The translations under genes and the position numbers were made by a program. A model generated the notes under the pieces. It did no database searches, had not been told where the DNA came from, and worked only from the letters and a program-made list of their open reading frames with translations. Below, piece after piece: positions 1 through 19,572 of a DNA stretch of 64,000 nt (its first letter is position 1; the number at the start of each line of letters is the position of its first letter). Origin of the DNA: Amoebidium appalachense (lineage: Eukaryota; Protista; Ichthyosporea); the NCBI GenBank assembly GCA_963693365.1, contig CAVNZM010000001.1, positions 12,798,161-12,862,160 of the forward strand, given 5' to 3'.

Positions 1-6385
<6,385 letters not shown>

Positions 6386-8013
6386 ACTTCCCTGGCAAGA
6401 TAGACTATATACAAGCAAACCAAGGGGCACCAGTGCAGTGGCACTATTCCACAGCCCTGTGCCCACCACCATGCACCATAGTCACAGCATACACTCCAAG
6501 AAGTAACACTGTGAGCAAGCAAAGACACGAGGCAAACCCCAGGCAGTAACCAAGGAGCAAGCACAGAGGCACAGGGCATAAATAGGCAACAGAGCAAAGC
6601 CCATGCAACCACAGAGGCAGAGTAGCCCACTTTCACCACCACCAAGAACAAGCACACAGAGCACACACCTCTCCTACGCTAAACGGACACATGGAGAGGG
6701 AGGAAGAAAGAAGAGCACAACGCAAGGAAGGAGTCGCAAGACCAAACAGACAGACAGAGAAGAGAATACAAGAGTAAAAACAATAAGAACCGAGTCTGAG
6801 AAGTCGGGTGTTTGTTCCTTGTAACAAATTCGTATTTGACCAGGCAGCACACAGGCCCCCACTTGCAGAGACACACACACACACTACTACACACGTAAAC
6901 CCACAAGCAGGCCCAAGCCCGTGCCCACTAAACCCAGCCAGGCTGAAGTTACAAGCAGCAGACAGACACGCACCATCCCTTAGGCCGGCCGGGCTCTCCT
7001 TGCCCACAGCGCCACCCAGCTTGCCTGCTTGTGCCCTGCGGCCTACGTGCTCAGTGTGCGGGGAGCTGCCGTCCGCTCAATCCCCGGTGCTTGTGTCTGT
7101 GCCTTTGCCCGGCCAGCATTTGCCACACAGTGCCGTTTTTTATAGGCTTTCGTTTGTATACCTTAGGCCTCACTCTAATCCCGTGTCGAACCAGGAAGGG
7201 GCAGTGTAAGCTACGCTCTAAAGCACCTCTTGTGCGAAAAAAATAAAGGTCCAGGCACTCGGCCACTCGCTTCTGCGTCTAAAACTTCCCGCCTGTGCCT
7301 ACTTGCCTGCTTGCCCGCACAGGCAGCACTGCCGCAGTGACTAAAACCACTAGGTGCGTCAGGCAAGATAGCTCTCCTGTTTTCCGCTTTTCACCTTCGA
7401 TTCTGCCTCGATACGACCCAGCCCCCCTCCTCTCCTTGAGTTTATGCACAACTGGAGATCAAACATTGACCAACACAGACGTTTTGCTTTTGCATGAGCG
7501 GCCAAGGATTTCTTTAACAAATACCCAAATAAGGCAGGTGTTTCACTGTGTTTTGAGCCAGATGTGCTAAATATAGACCCAAGTGCTAGCTACAGGCACC
7601 TGATTGGTTGTAGGTCATGATGTCTCACTTCTGCTGTGTAACCGCTACAAGCCCTGAACGCTCGCACCCTGAGGCAGTCACGGACTTGTGCGAGTAACTT
7701 AGCTGTCACACATAGGCCGAGCCTATATGCCGTAAAAAACCTGCGCTAGTCAAGCCACAAACATACTGGCACGTAGGTGAGGGTTGTGCTGGGCAGTCAC
7801 CGGAGCACTATTGAAACAGGCAGGCCCGCAGACGGCATCGCTCTGGTCAAGCCCTCTGTGGCCACACACACACACGTATTCTTGCACTCTACATAGTGGT
7901 TGGTGGTGAAGGGAAAACACAACACTGGTGCTAGCTGGAAGCGTGTGAAGACCAGAACCAAGCCGCCACGCAGCACAAGGGGGGAGGGGTGGTAGGCAGG
8001 CAAGGCTGCAAGG

Positions 8014-9413
8014 ATGGCGGGGGGCGAGCTGGCCGGGCTGGTGGGGTTCAGCCTGGCCATGCTGGGTGGATCCTTCTTGGCTGGGTCCCTGCCGCTGTCC
8101 ATGAACCTGTCAGAGAAGAGCATACAGGTGCGGGGAAGCAGGAAGGGGAGGAGGGCAGGGCTGGGGCGGGTACTGACAGGGGCAGCAGCTGTGCAACATA
8201 CTGGGGGCTGGGCTGCTGGTGGGCACTGCCCTGGCGGTAATCATACCTGAGGGGGTGCACACACTCTATACCGGTGAGTCAGCAGGCAGCCTGTGTCACT
8301 TGCATAGCAACGCGCTATTGCGTTCCTTTTTTTTTTTTTGCACTCGTCTTTCTTTTTAAGTGGCGAGGTTGGTGACGATGGTGGTGGTGGTGGTGGTGGT
8401 GGTGGCAGTGTCACTACCAAGTTCTGAGTGGTTAGGGTTGCAAGGATGAGGTTAGGGTTGTGGTGGTCGCAGCAGCAGTTGTGGTGGTGGTGGTGGTGGT
8501 GGTGATATTGGTGGGTGTGGGGATGTTGTGGGGTGTTTTTGTTGTTGTGGTAGTGGTGGTTATGGTGATGGTAGGCAGGGTGGGGGGAGGGGGGAGGGGG
8601 GAGGGAGGCGATATGGGAATGTGAAGAAGAGATCCCAGATCTTCGTGGATCCTGCAGTGTCTGGTGTGTGGGCAGGGAAGGTAGCGTAGCTACTGGCACT
8701 GACGGCAGGGGAGGGAAGTGGCGGTGCTGCCGGTGGTTGAGGCGGCAGCAGAGCACCAGGGGGACAAGGACCACGACCACGACCACGACCACGACCACAC
8801 GGTGTGATAGCCACAATAAGTGGTCCAGTGGGGTGGGGTGGGTTGGGGAGGTCGCAGGAAGTGCAGAGTGTTCACGGCTTTTGGGGGCGAGGGGACGGGG
8901 AGGGAGGGGCGAGGAAGGGATATAAATAGGTGGTGTGTCCGTGGGCAAAACTGACGTTGGGGGCAGGGGGGCGGTGGGTCCCCATACCATGGCTACGTGG
9001 GGCCGGTGCTGGTGGCAGGGTTTGTGTTCCAGATGCTGGTGGACAAGGTTTGAACCTCCCCTGGGCGGTGTTAAGGGGTTGCCTGCTGGGGGGCAGGGGA
9101 CCCACACTTTGGGGCTGCAGGTTGCGTTTGCACACGGCCACAACCACGGGGCAGGCAGTGGGGACGGACTCCCGGCTGCAGGGTGGCGGCCGACCAAGCT
9201 GGCTGCAGCTACCTTAGGCCTGGTCATCCACTCGGCAGGCAGGTGTTGTCTTTATTGCTGGTGTGCACGTGCAGGGTGGGGGGTGCTGACGTGGGGCTGC
9301 AGCGGACGGGATAGCACTGGGGGCAGCCAGTGCGGCCTCAAAGAGTGAGCTGGAGGCACTGGTGTTCCTGGCCATCATGCTGCACAAGGTGTGTGTGTGT
9401 GTGTGTGTGTGTG

Positions 9414-9465
<52 letters not shown>

Positions 9466-10946
9466 GAGGGGGGGGCCGCTGTCAAGGGAGGGATGGATAT
9501 AGGTATATTTTGTTTTTATTTGATATTTATTATTTTTTTTTTGAAGGATAGGGGGGGGGGGGGGAGGGAGGGGGGGGAGAGGGGGAAGGGGCGGGGATTA
9601 GCAGCCACACAAGGTGCCCCCCTTTCGTTTCCTTTCTTTTTTCTTTTTTTTCTTTTCTTTAATTTTCTTTTTCTTTTTTTTTTTTTTTTGTTCCTGTGTG
9701 TGTTTGTTTGGGAGGGGACGGGGGGGGGGGGACGGGGGGGAGGTTGATTAGCTACACAAGGCAAAAAAACAGCAAGGAGGGTGCTGGCTTTTATGCACAA
9801 GCTGGCAGGAGTGGGGGGAGGGGGCTCAGATACACAAAGTGAATAAATGTGTGGAGGAGATTTGGGGGACATAGGGTAGATGTGCAAAAGTAAACGGAAC
9901 GCGGTGGCATGTGTATGTGTGTTGGTTTTTTTTTTTTTTTTTTTTTTTTTTTGGGGGGGGGGGGGGAGGGGGGGGGGAGAGGGGGGGAGGTGGGGAGGAG
10001 GGGGGGGGCGGGGGGGCTGATTTGGACGTGGACAGGCGCCAGCAGCGTTCGGGCTGACATCATTCCTCCTTGCCGAGGGTTTGGATAACAAGTAAGTGTG
10101 GTGGTTGGATGTGGTGTGTGGTGCCTGTGTGGGGGTGTTTGTTGTGCAGTTGTGTGGGTCACGGTTTGTGGTGGATTTGCGTGAGTGTTTATGTGGTGCA
10201 TTTGTGTGCTTATTTGTGGTGCATTTGTGTGGGCCACGGTTTGTGGTGCATTTGCGTGAGTGTTTGTGGTGCATTTGTGTGGGCCACGGTTTGTGGTTGT
10301 ATGCCTGTGTGGGGTGCAATTGTGTACGTAGGTGTTTGCGGGGTGCATTTGCGCCTTTGGTGTTTGTGTGATGCCTTTGTGTGTGGGTGGTGGGGTATCA
10401 TGGTATCGCACTGGTGTGTGATTTTTCTTCCTTCATAAATGTGTTAGCGTGGTGACTAAGGTGCTTTTTGTGCTAAATATAGAGCTTTTCCGGTGTGTGT
10501 GTGTGGTGCATGGCGTGTTGTATGCCCTGCTTGTTTGTGTGCCGTGTTGCAGTGTGCTTGTGTGCTCATGGATTTTTGTCAGGCGGGTGCGGCAGCATCT
10601 GCTTGCGTTTGCCCTGGCAGCACCCCTTATGGCGCTAGTGACCTATGGCACCATCAGGGCAAATGCCGTCAGCACAGAGGGTGCACCACAGGGCGACTCC
10701 CCAGTGACTGGCCTGGTGCGTGTATTGCCGTGGCATGCGCTGTGTTGCGGGGCGCGCGGGGGGAGGGGGGGAGGGGGGGGGGGGGAAGGGGGGAGGGAGG
10801 GAGGGGAGGGCGTGGTTGGAGGGGGTATTGGACTGTGGCACGGGCTGTGTGTGTGTGTGTGCACGTTGGAGGGTGAGGGTGGGGTCGGGGTGGCAAGGGG
10901 ATATTGGGCTCACTCTGTTGGTGTGTGTGTGTGTGTGTGTGTGGGT

Positions 10947-10988
<42 letters not shown>

Positions 10989-11246
10989 GAAGGAAGGGCA
11001 TGTGTTTGGACTCAGGTGGCAGTGCAGTGTGTTTGGCAGGCTGGGCGGTGCACGTGCATGGCGGCTGACTGTGTGCTGCAGGCGCTGCTGTTCAGTGCGG
11101 GCACGTTTCTGTACGTGGCCACGGTGCACGTGCTGCCCGAGGTCACGGCAGCCAGCGACCAGCACAGCCTCAGCCGCAGCCAGCTGGCCGTGCTGGTGGC
11201 CGGCACCGCCCTGCCCGTGCTGCTGTCCATGGGCCACCACCACTAG
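8014..11246 (+). CDS. SLC39A9: ZIP9-type (SLC39A9/ATX2-like) zinc transporter
   Basis: Exons 8014-8127, 8189-8273, 8719-8801, 8967-9047, 9121-9238, 9303-9388, 10036-10091, 10583-10715, 11082-11246. Motifs: [28 protein letters not shown] loop, [61 protein letters not shown]-terminal GHHH. Confidence 0.92.
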
Positions 11247-11423
11247 TCTTAGAATACGCCACTAGCAGTCTATTGGCAGTCGCAGGCCTGCTGCCACTGC
11301 ACCCATGCATGTACATGCCACTTTCATGCCATTGAACTGTAAGAATGCTACGTCATAAAGATATCTTGGCGGCAGCAGGCCTGGTGCCAATGCACAGCAC
11401 CGTGCACCCCTGGCCGTGCCCGT

Positions 11424-11615
11424 TCATACCGTCACTCCACTAGCTGGGGGCATGGGCTTGATGATGGCCGTGGGGTCGTCCTTTTGGGCCCACTGCTCGA
11501 CACACAGCAGCAGGCACATGCAGTCGTCAAACTCGCTCATGTCCCGCTCCTCACGCTGCACCAGCCGCGAGCACACACTGCTGAGGCTGTAGCCCACGTC
11601 GTACTCGTAGCCCAC

Positions 11616-11651
<36 letters not shown>

Positions 11652-12393
11652 GGGTGAGTGTGTGTGTGGAAGTGCTGTCGCACACTCTAGACCGCACATG
11701 CAGTGCATGCACATGGGGGCATTGCATGTTAGTGTGTCTGTGGCACACATTCATGTGGCCGTGTTGCATGGGTATATACATTATGTGTATGGTTCATCCC
11801 CCCCCCCCCCCCCCCCCCCCCCCCCCGACTGCCAAAACACAATGCCTTGACTAAGAATCCGTGTGTATGCATCTGTGTACACATGGCTACGTGTGTAATG
11901 CACCCTGCCCCTTGCATGCCCTGCTTACTAGGATCCATGCCTGCCTGCAACACCCTGCATGCCCATGCCTGCAACACCCCCCCTGCATGCCCACCCCCCA
12001 CGCACCTGTAGGCCAGGTGCTCGTTCTGCTGCCTGTCCCTGGACAGGTTCTCAGGCAGATAGTTGAACAGGCCGTCACTGGCCATCAGCAGCAGGCACTT
12101 GCCCTCGCTGGGGATGGCCGTGAATGCCACGTCGGGCTCACAGCGCAGCACGGGCCTGTCAGGGTTGAGCTTGAACAGCAGGTCCCCCATCGTGGCCCCA
12201 AGGTTGACCGCCCGCCCTGCCGGCACCCTGCAGCCAAACAGTGTCAGTGCCGGCATGCACCCATATTCCCTCCATGCATGGGGGCCACGGACCCAATTGT
12301 GTTTGCGGCCTGGTCGGGCAGTGGGCGCACCCTGCAGCGCCTGAGGAAGTGGTAGTGCTGCTGCGGCACCTGCAGCCCCTGTCAGCTACACAC

Positions 12394-12432
<39 letters not shown>

Positions 12433-12698
12433 CCCGCTAACAGGCAGGGACGTACTCTGAAGGTCTTGAGGCGGCCCGTCCTGTCGTCAATGAACTCGCC
12501 GCCATTGGCCACAATGTGCTCGACCAGGTCTGGCCGGTGCAGGCCCTGGTCGTCGCTGGCAAACAGAATGCTCCATCTAAAGCTGCTGGCCGGCCTGGTG
12601 GCTATGACCGTGCGCGAGTCCCCCACGTTGCAGTTGACCACCCAGCCCCTGTGACAACGTCAGCACGCCACCCGACCGTGTGTGTGTCAGGGAGGGAA

Positions 12699-12732
<34 letters not shown>

Positions 12733-12766
12733 TGTACAGCTGGATTTGTGTGTGTGTGTGTGTGTG

Positions 12767-12813
<47 letters not shown>

Positions 12814-12995
12814 GGAGGGGTCATCCTATACAGACGTGTGTTTATGTTGGGGGTGGTGATGGTGGTGGTGTTTTTTCTTTTTCTTTTTTTCTTTCTTTTC
12901 TTTTCTTTTGGGGGGGGGAGGGGGATATTGTACAGCTGTGTGCATGTGCATGTGCATGTGCATGTGTGCGAGTGAGTGGGTCAGTGAGTTGAGCG

Positions 12996-13050
<55 letters not shown>

Positions 13051-13595
13051 CGCATACTTGTACAGCACGTTAACCACCAGGGTGCACCCATCATCCATAG
13101 GCCTGTCATCCACATAGGCAGGCACCCTCCTCTCTGGGGTGCTGATGACCGTGCTGCTGCCCCCAGGGCTCTCGACCATGTGTTCTACAGGCCCTGCCCC
13201 CCCACTGCCCGGGGTGTCCCCCAGCATGGACTCGGGCCGGTGCAGTGGCCTGTCCCGCAGCCGCAGGGGTGTCTGCATGCCCTCACTGGGCGGTGGGCCT
13301 GAAGGGGCAGGGGGGCTGGCCTCCTGCTTGGCCTTGAGGGGGGGCCGGGTCTTCGGTGGCTTGGGGGACTTGGGGGACGGGCTGGACAGGCACATGATCA
13401 GCCCACTAACCCCGGCCACCACACACCCACAGCCACACGTCAAAACACTAATACTAGCCCAGCCAAGCCTGAGCAGCCGCTACAAACCCACCCACCCAGT
13501 CCCATCCTTAAAGAAACACGAACGGTGAGGTCCCCCTTTTTCATCACAAACATCAGATTGCCACACAGCAATTAACGCAGGAAAACAGTGCCACC

Positions 13596-13630
<35 letters not shown>

Positions 13631-16600
13631 ACCACCACCACTACAAACAGACACCACCACCACCACAAAAAAAAACATAATAGTTAACCTGTTCACACCG
13701 GCAATTTCCCTAGATCGACATCAGTTTTGGGGACCCTGGCGTTTGCGCTCTTATATCAACATGAAATTGATAAGAACCAGCAAAATAAAGTTGCAGGAAT
13801 ACTAAAAAATATCTGTTCTTTGCGTTTGGCAAAAAAATAACTAACTTTACTTCAGTATTTGATACTTTGTATATGGCGTAACTGTCACCGCGCTGTCAAA
13901 GGGCCGCTCGACAGCTTAAATTTCGAACCCTGTTAATACAAACGTCTGATTGGATAAAAAGGGAAATTGGTTAAAATCGACAAATCCGATTGGATGTGCT
14001 CAGTCACATCGATGGCAACTTCAAAAACGTTTACAAAGTCCCTGAGGTCGCTACAGTAGGAAAAGTATATGAAATAATGATATTTTTGCAAAACCCACTT
14101 AGAAGAAAATGTAAATAAGACATATACCTGTCGGTGTGTACAATTTATTTATTTGGGCTTTTTCTATTGATTTTGAGCTGCGCTAGACTTGTTTCGGTTG
14201 TGTCCGCTACGCGGACAAAAAAATCAGTGCCGGCTCGAACAGGTTAACAGAAACACGGATAGTGTGCCAATGATGGACCCACACAAACCTAATCCCCTTA
14301 GGCAACCACCACACAGTCCCCTTTCCCAACTCCCCCCCCCCCCCCCCCCCCCCCAACACACACACACACACACAAAACCCACCCACCTGCTTGTGCTAGT
14401 GGGCACGTGCACACCCAGGTGTTTCAGCTTGCGCAGCTGTGCGCGCATCTTCTGGTAGTCGGCCCGTCCCTGCCGGGTGGTGGGCCGGGGGGCATCGGGG
14501 GTCAGGCCGCCAGCAAAGACAAAGTCCTGGGCATCCAGGTCGGCATCCGACAGGCCGTCCACAGGCCCACCGTGTGTGTCCACAGTCTCTGCACCCTCTG
14601 CCGGTGCACTGGGTGGGTCTGCAGCCATGGGCCCTGCCTGCCCGGCCCCCTCAGCCCCCTCTGCCTGTGGCCCTGCCCCCTCCGACTTCTTGGGCCGGCC
14701 CCTCTTGCGTGCCGGCCTGTCTGCCTGCGCTGCTGCCGCCACAGGCTGCCCCCCAGCATGCTCCTTGGGTGGCCGGCCCCGCAGGCGCTTGGGCTTTGCT
14801 GCCGGCTGGCCGTCTGCCGGTGGCTGGTCGGCAAAAGGGGCAGGCTCAACCTGGGGCTGGGGTTCTGCCTTGACTGGGTGGCTGTCCTGTGCCGGGTGCA
14901 TGGGTGATGCCTGCTGGTCCCTGGGCCCCGGGCTGGGTGGGTGCTGGCCCGTATGGTCCGTAGCCGCATTGCCTGGCGCGGGGCTATGGTGGCCATCCTC
15001 GGTGATGGGTGGATCTACAGTGGCCTCGTGCTTGACTGCCACCGCAGTGGGATCGGGTTGTGGGTTACTCATATCCAGCAGTGGGTTGGGTAGATCGGGC
15101 TGTGGATTGGATGGATCGGGCTGTGGATTAGGTAGATCGGGCTGTGGGTTGGATGGATCGGGCTGTGGATTAGGTAGATCGGGCTGTGGGTTGGATGGAT
15201 CGGGCTGTGAATTGGGTAGATCGGGCTGTGGATTGGTTGGATCGGGCTGTGGATTGGTTGGATCGGGCTGTGGATTGGTTGGATCGGGCTGTGGATTGGG
15301 TAGATCGGGCTGTGGATTGGTTGGATCGGGCTGTGGGCTCTTTGCATCGAGCTGTGGCTCGGGTATATTGTGGTGTGAGCTCTGTGTATCGGGCTGTGGG
15401 TTGGGTGGACCTTGGGGTGGTTTCGGCACGTCTTGTGGATTGGGTAGATCAGAATGTGGATTTGGTAGATCGTGGTGTGGGGTTTTTGGATCCTCGCGTG
15501 AAGTAACCAGATCGGGGTGTGAGTTTTGTGGGTCGGGATGTGGGCTTTTTTGATCCGGGTGTGGGTCGTGAGGATGGTGGGGGCTCCGATTGGCATGTGG
15601 ATCGGGCTGCGGGTTTCGCTGATCGGTGCGGGGGCCAATGGTATTGGGCGGTGGATTGGGCAGCTCAGGTTGGCCACTGGTCGACGTCGAGTCGGGCTGT
15701 GTGGTCACTGACTCATTTTGTGCAGCGGCAGTATCCGGGTGTAACCTGGGTGGCACTTGTGCGCTGGCAAAGTCTGCTTTTGGCTCGGTCGTGCCGTCCA
15801 CCGATTTGCCTTGTGGGCCGACCGAGGTGGGCTGGGGCTTAGGCTCCATAGACTGCGGGGTGGCCCCTTGGGGGTGTGCGCTGGGTGCCAATGTGCTACC
15901 GTTGACCTGGCCCTGCAGGGGGCTGGCCTGTGGCCCCACCGCATGCTCACGGTGCCCTCCGTTGCCCCCCTCTGCCTGTGTTGCTACGGTGGTGGTGCCT
16001 GCTGGTGATGATGGGGGGCGCACGAGCAATTTGTCACCTGTCAGGTCCACACCTGCCCCCGTGTATGGGCCCGATGGCCGGCGCTGCAGAGAGGCCCTGC
16101 GCTGGGCATAGCAGGGCAGATAGTCCTCGCCCTCAGACCCGCTGCCATTTAACAGCCCAGCACTTGCCTGGCTGCTGCCGCCCACAGTGGCTGGGGCTGG
16201 GGCTGAACGTGTTTGTGGTGTTGGGCCACCCTGCTGGTCCACCGGGTCGTCCTGCTGGTAGCGCAAGGAGCGCAGCTCGTCCTTTAACTCCTCCAGGGTG
16301 GTGGGCTGGTCCTGCTGCATGTCCTGCATGGCTGCCGTGATGCCGGCCAGCAACGCCTCATCCCCCGCCAGCACATCGGCCACACTCAGATCTACACCGC
16401 CCTCCTCCGGGCCCTCAGTGCCCCCACTCTCAGCCCCCAAACTCGGACGGGCCTTCTTGCGTGGGCGGCCGGTGCTGCGTGGCTGGCGCTTGGGCAGGGT
16501 GGCGGGGGAGTGGCTGCATAGGTGGGGATGGGCCTGGGCCCAGGCAGCAAAGGCCTGGCGCTTGGTGTCCAGGTACTGGCGGTCCAGCTGCCCGTACAGC

Positions 16601-19572
16601 TCACGCACACGCCCACGGAACTCCTCCTGGCGCTCAGCAATGCCAAAGTCCCACTCCTGGCCCGTGCTGTCCCCCCCACGCAGCAGCTGCTCCATCCTGC
16701 ACTAGAAGTGTCACTGCTTGCCCTGCACGTGCATGCACCCCAAAGGACATCATGTGGCCGTGGTGTGCCTTGTGTGTCTGTGTGTGTGTGTGTGTGCGCG
16801 CGCACGCGCGCGCGTGCGCATTCACAACAGAAAACAAACAAGCACCGTACCGTTTAGAAGCCTCCTCGGCAAAAAAAGTGGATGCCTGGTCGCCGTTGTG
16901 GCCATCAGCAAGCACTAGAATCAGATACTTGTGCTTGGTGTTCTGCAGCACCACCCAGGGTCAGATATACATGTGTGCCTAGTACTGTGTGTGTGTGGCT
17001 GGTGCTGTGCATATGTGCTTTGTAATGTGTGTGTGTGCCTAGTACTGTGTGTGTGTGGCTGGTGCTGTGCATATGTGCCTTGTAATGTGTGTGTGTGCCT
17101 AGTACTGTGTGTGTGGTTAGTGCTGTGCATGTGCTGTGCCTGTGTGCCCTGTGCTGTGCCTGTGTGCCCTGTGCTGTGCATATGTGCCTAGTACTGTGTG
17201 CATATGCGCCCTGTGCTGTGCATATGTGCCTAGTACTGTGTGCATATGTGCCCTGTGCTGTGGCTGTGTGGCTGTGCACGCACCTGGAGCACGAGCAGCT
17301 TGTCCTCCATGTAGTTCTTCTCGACCTTGATGCGCGAGTGCCTCGTGCCGTTGTAGTGGTAGCCCAGCTCGGCACTGTGCCCCAGCACCACGGGCCGCTG
17401 GTAGCAGTCCCCTGCCCACCCACCGTCAGTGCCTGCCCCCCCCCCCCCCCCCCCTCTATCTCCCGGCCCAGCCACCACGTACAGAGAATGCGGTCCCGCA
17501 GATGCTCCTCTTTTGGTGGCGGTGGGGGCACCTGCCAGCCCGGCCCCCACCAGACCTTTGTGTCCGTGCCCCCCTTGCGCTCCCGGCCAGGCCCATGGCC
17601 CTCATGCACCTCCGGCTCGGCCGGTGGCTCGGGGGGGAACTCTGTGGTCTGGTCCTTGCGGGGGCGCCCCCTGGGCCTCTTTGGGGGGTCCGCCTCCTCC
17701 TCGCTGCCGCTGCTGCTGCTGCCGCTGGACGACTGGAAGCTGTCGCTGCTGCTGGATTGGGCCATGGCCTTGCGCTTGCCCTCCCCCAGATTGAGCCCCC
17801 CCATCTTGAGCCGGATAACATTCCTGCACAAACACCGTCAGTTTCGCCACCCTGCCGCACCCAGAGAGCCACATGGCCACATACTTGCGTGGGGGCCCCT
17901 GCAGGGACGGGGCAATGCTGCCGTTGCGTTTGATGTACTTGCGCACGCCTTGCAGGCGGGGCCCAAACAGGTCGTGCAGGCAGCGGTCAGGGGGCACAAT
18001 GTGGATGTGGGTCAGAGGGCGGTTAGTGTTGTTGTTGCAGTGGCCAATCCATGTGCAGCGCGTGAAGATGGCCCCGCAGCAGTCGCAGCGGATGAACAGC
18101 TTGTTGCCTGCCGGGCACACCATCACCCCCGTGGTCTCCGTGTGGTCTGCACACCCATGTCAACTCCCCCCCCCCCCCCCCCCCCCGGCTCCAACGCACG
18201 TACCCCTTGTGCTGGATGTGCAGCGCACAACCACGGCCTTGAGCTGGGCAAACAGCTCGTTCTTTGCCACCTTCTTGCTGCTGGGCCGCTGCTTGGCTTG
18301 GCCCAGGCGCAGGGGGCTGTCATCACTGTTGCTGCCCTCCTCTTCCTCTTCGTCCTCCCCTGCCTCCTCCTCCTCCCCCTCGCTGCTGCTGCCTGACTCC
18401 TGCTTTTGTTCTGCCTGCTTGCTGGCCCGGCCCCTAACCCCCAGGCCCCTCAGCACAGCCCCCCCCCCCCCCCCCTCCTCCCCCCTTCCACACAGCCACG
18501 CACCTCTGCTTCTTGCTGCTGGGCACATCCTCACCCTCCACCTCCTTAGCCCTCCGTTTCTGGCCCCTCTCCGGCATGGCCACGGGGGCTACCGGGTACA
18601 CCTCCACGGGCTTCTCTCTTGTGCGGCTGCGCCTAGCGGCCACAAAGTGCAGCAGCTGGAACCGCACCACCCCCTTGGCGTCTGTGTCCTCCCGGAACAC
18701 GTGGGGGCGCTTGGTCAGGAACACCGTCAGAGACTCGGGCGTGAGCGGAAACCTGCACCCGGCCCTGTCAGCTCCACCCTGTTTGCAGACACACAGGCAC
18801 AGGCAGTACGTGCAGAGGCACGCAGATACAACGTGGAGGGTGCATGGCCACTGGCAGTGCACAAAAGAGCAAGCATGCAGCTTGCAGCCCTTTCCCTTTC
18901 CAGACAACCCTGAGCGCCCGGCCTGGATATCACGGCTGCTCGTGCCACAGTGGGGCCAGGTGTGTGTGTGTGTGAACGCCTGCAGGTGTGTGGCCGGCAA
19001 CAAGGCCTGTGGAACGAGCAACAGGATGCAACAGGGCACACGCCACAGTGCCAGGGACATAAAGGCATGAAGACAGGGGTTGTTGGTGGAGGAAGAGAAG
19101 GAGAATTTATCATCAATGAACATTGAAAAGAACTATGTGGGAGCGAGGGGTGGGGGGGGAGGGGAGGGGCATAACCAAGTAGGTGGGAGATAAGGGGGAA
19201 GGGGTGGGGTGTTGGGGGGGGAGGAGGGGGGGGGGGGAGAGGGGGGGGGGGGGGGGGGGATGAGTACCGGAGAGAGAGAAGGATGGGAGGACGACGACGG
19301 CGAAGGAAAAAAAAGACAGAGGGGGAAGCAACAAGCAGTCAGAGATGGCGGGGAGAGGGCCAAGGCCAGCACGAATACAGAGCGAAAAGGGATCCAACAA
19401 GAGGCACACAGAGGGGAGGGGGGAGAGAGAAGGGGGGGCACCTGAGGTCCACAAGTGCGTTTATGCGCAGCAGGTTGACCAGGTCGCGCGGCGTGTGTGC
19501 CACGTTGTCTACCCGCTCCAGGCACGTGCGCACGGCCGCGAGCAGCTGCTCCTCCGCGTCCTCCTCCGCCAT
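11424..19572 (-). CDS. Large (~1583 aa) PP2C/PPM-family Ser/Thr phosphatase with N-terminal winged-helix-like and SAND/TDBD-like domains, AT-hooks and a very large insertion in the catalytic domain
   Basis: 13 phase-compatible GT-AG exons totalling 4752 nt: 19572-19442, 18752-18504, 18433-18204, 18146-17885, 17823-17483, 17411-17284, 16942-16851, 16696-14387, 13381-13058, 12648-12456, 12369-12293, 12227-12006, 11616-11424. PPM motifs occur in order: [42 protein letters not shown]. Confidence 0.82.
13688..14243. mobile_element. piggyBac-like non-autonomous element (MITE, 556 bp) in a PP2C intron
   Basis: TTAA at 13684-13687 and 14244-14247. Imperfect TIRs: CCTGTTCacaCCGGCA at the left end, CCTGTTCgagCCGGCA as the reverse complement of the right end. 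AT-rich non-coding interior contrasts with the flanks. Confidence 0.78.
15050..15400 (-). repeat. Coding 21-bp tandem repeat ([14 protein letters not shown] heptads) in the large PP2C exon
   Basis: GATCGGGCTGTGGATTGGTTG-type units on the + strand; more than 12 in-frame copies in the 823-aa ORF. Confidence 0.9.

Noticed and set aside
14477-15553. 358-aa plus-strand ORF with GSGCGL repeats
   Set aside because: Antisense shadow of the GC-rich repetitive PP2C exon; no splice or motif support.
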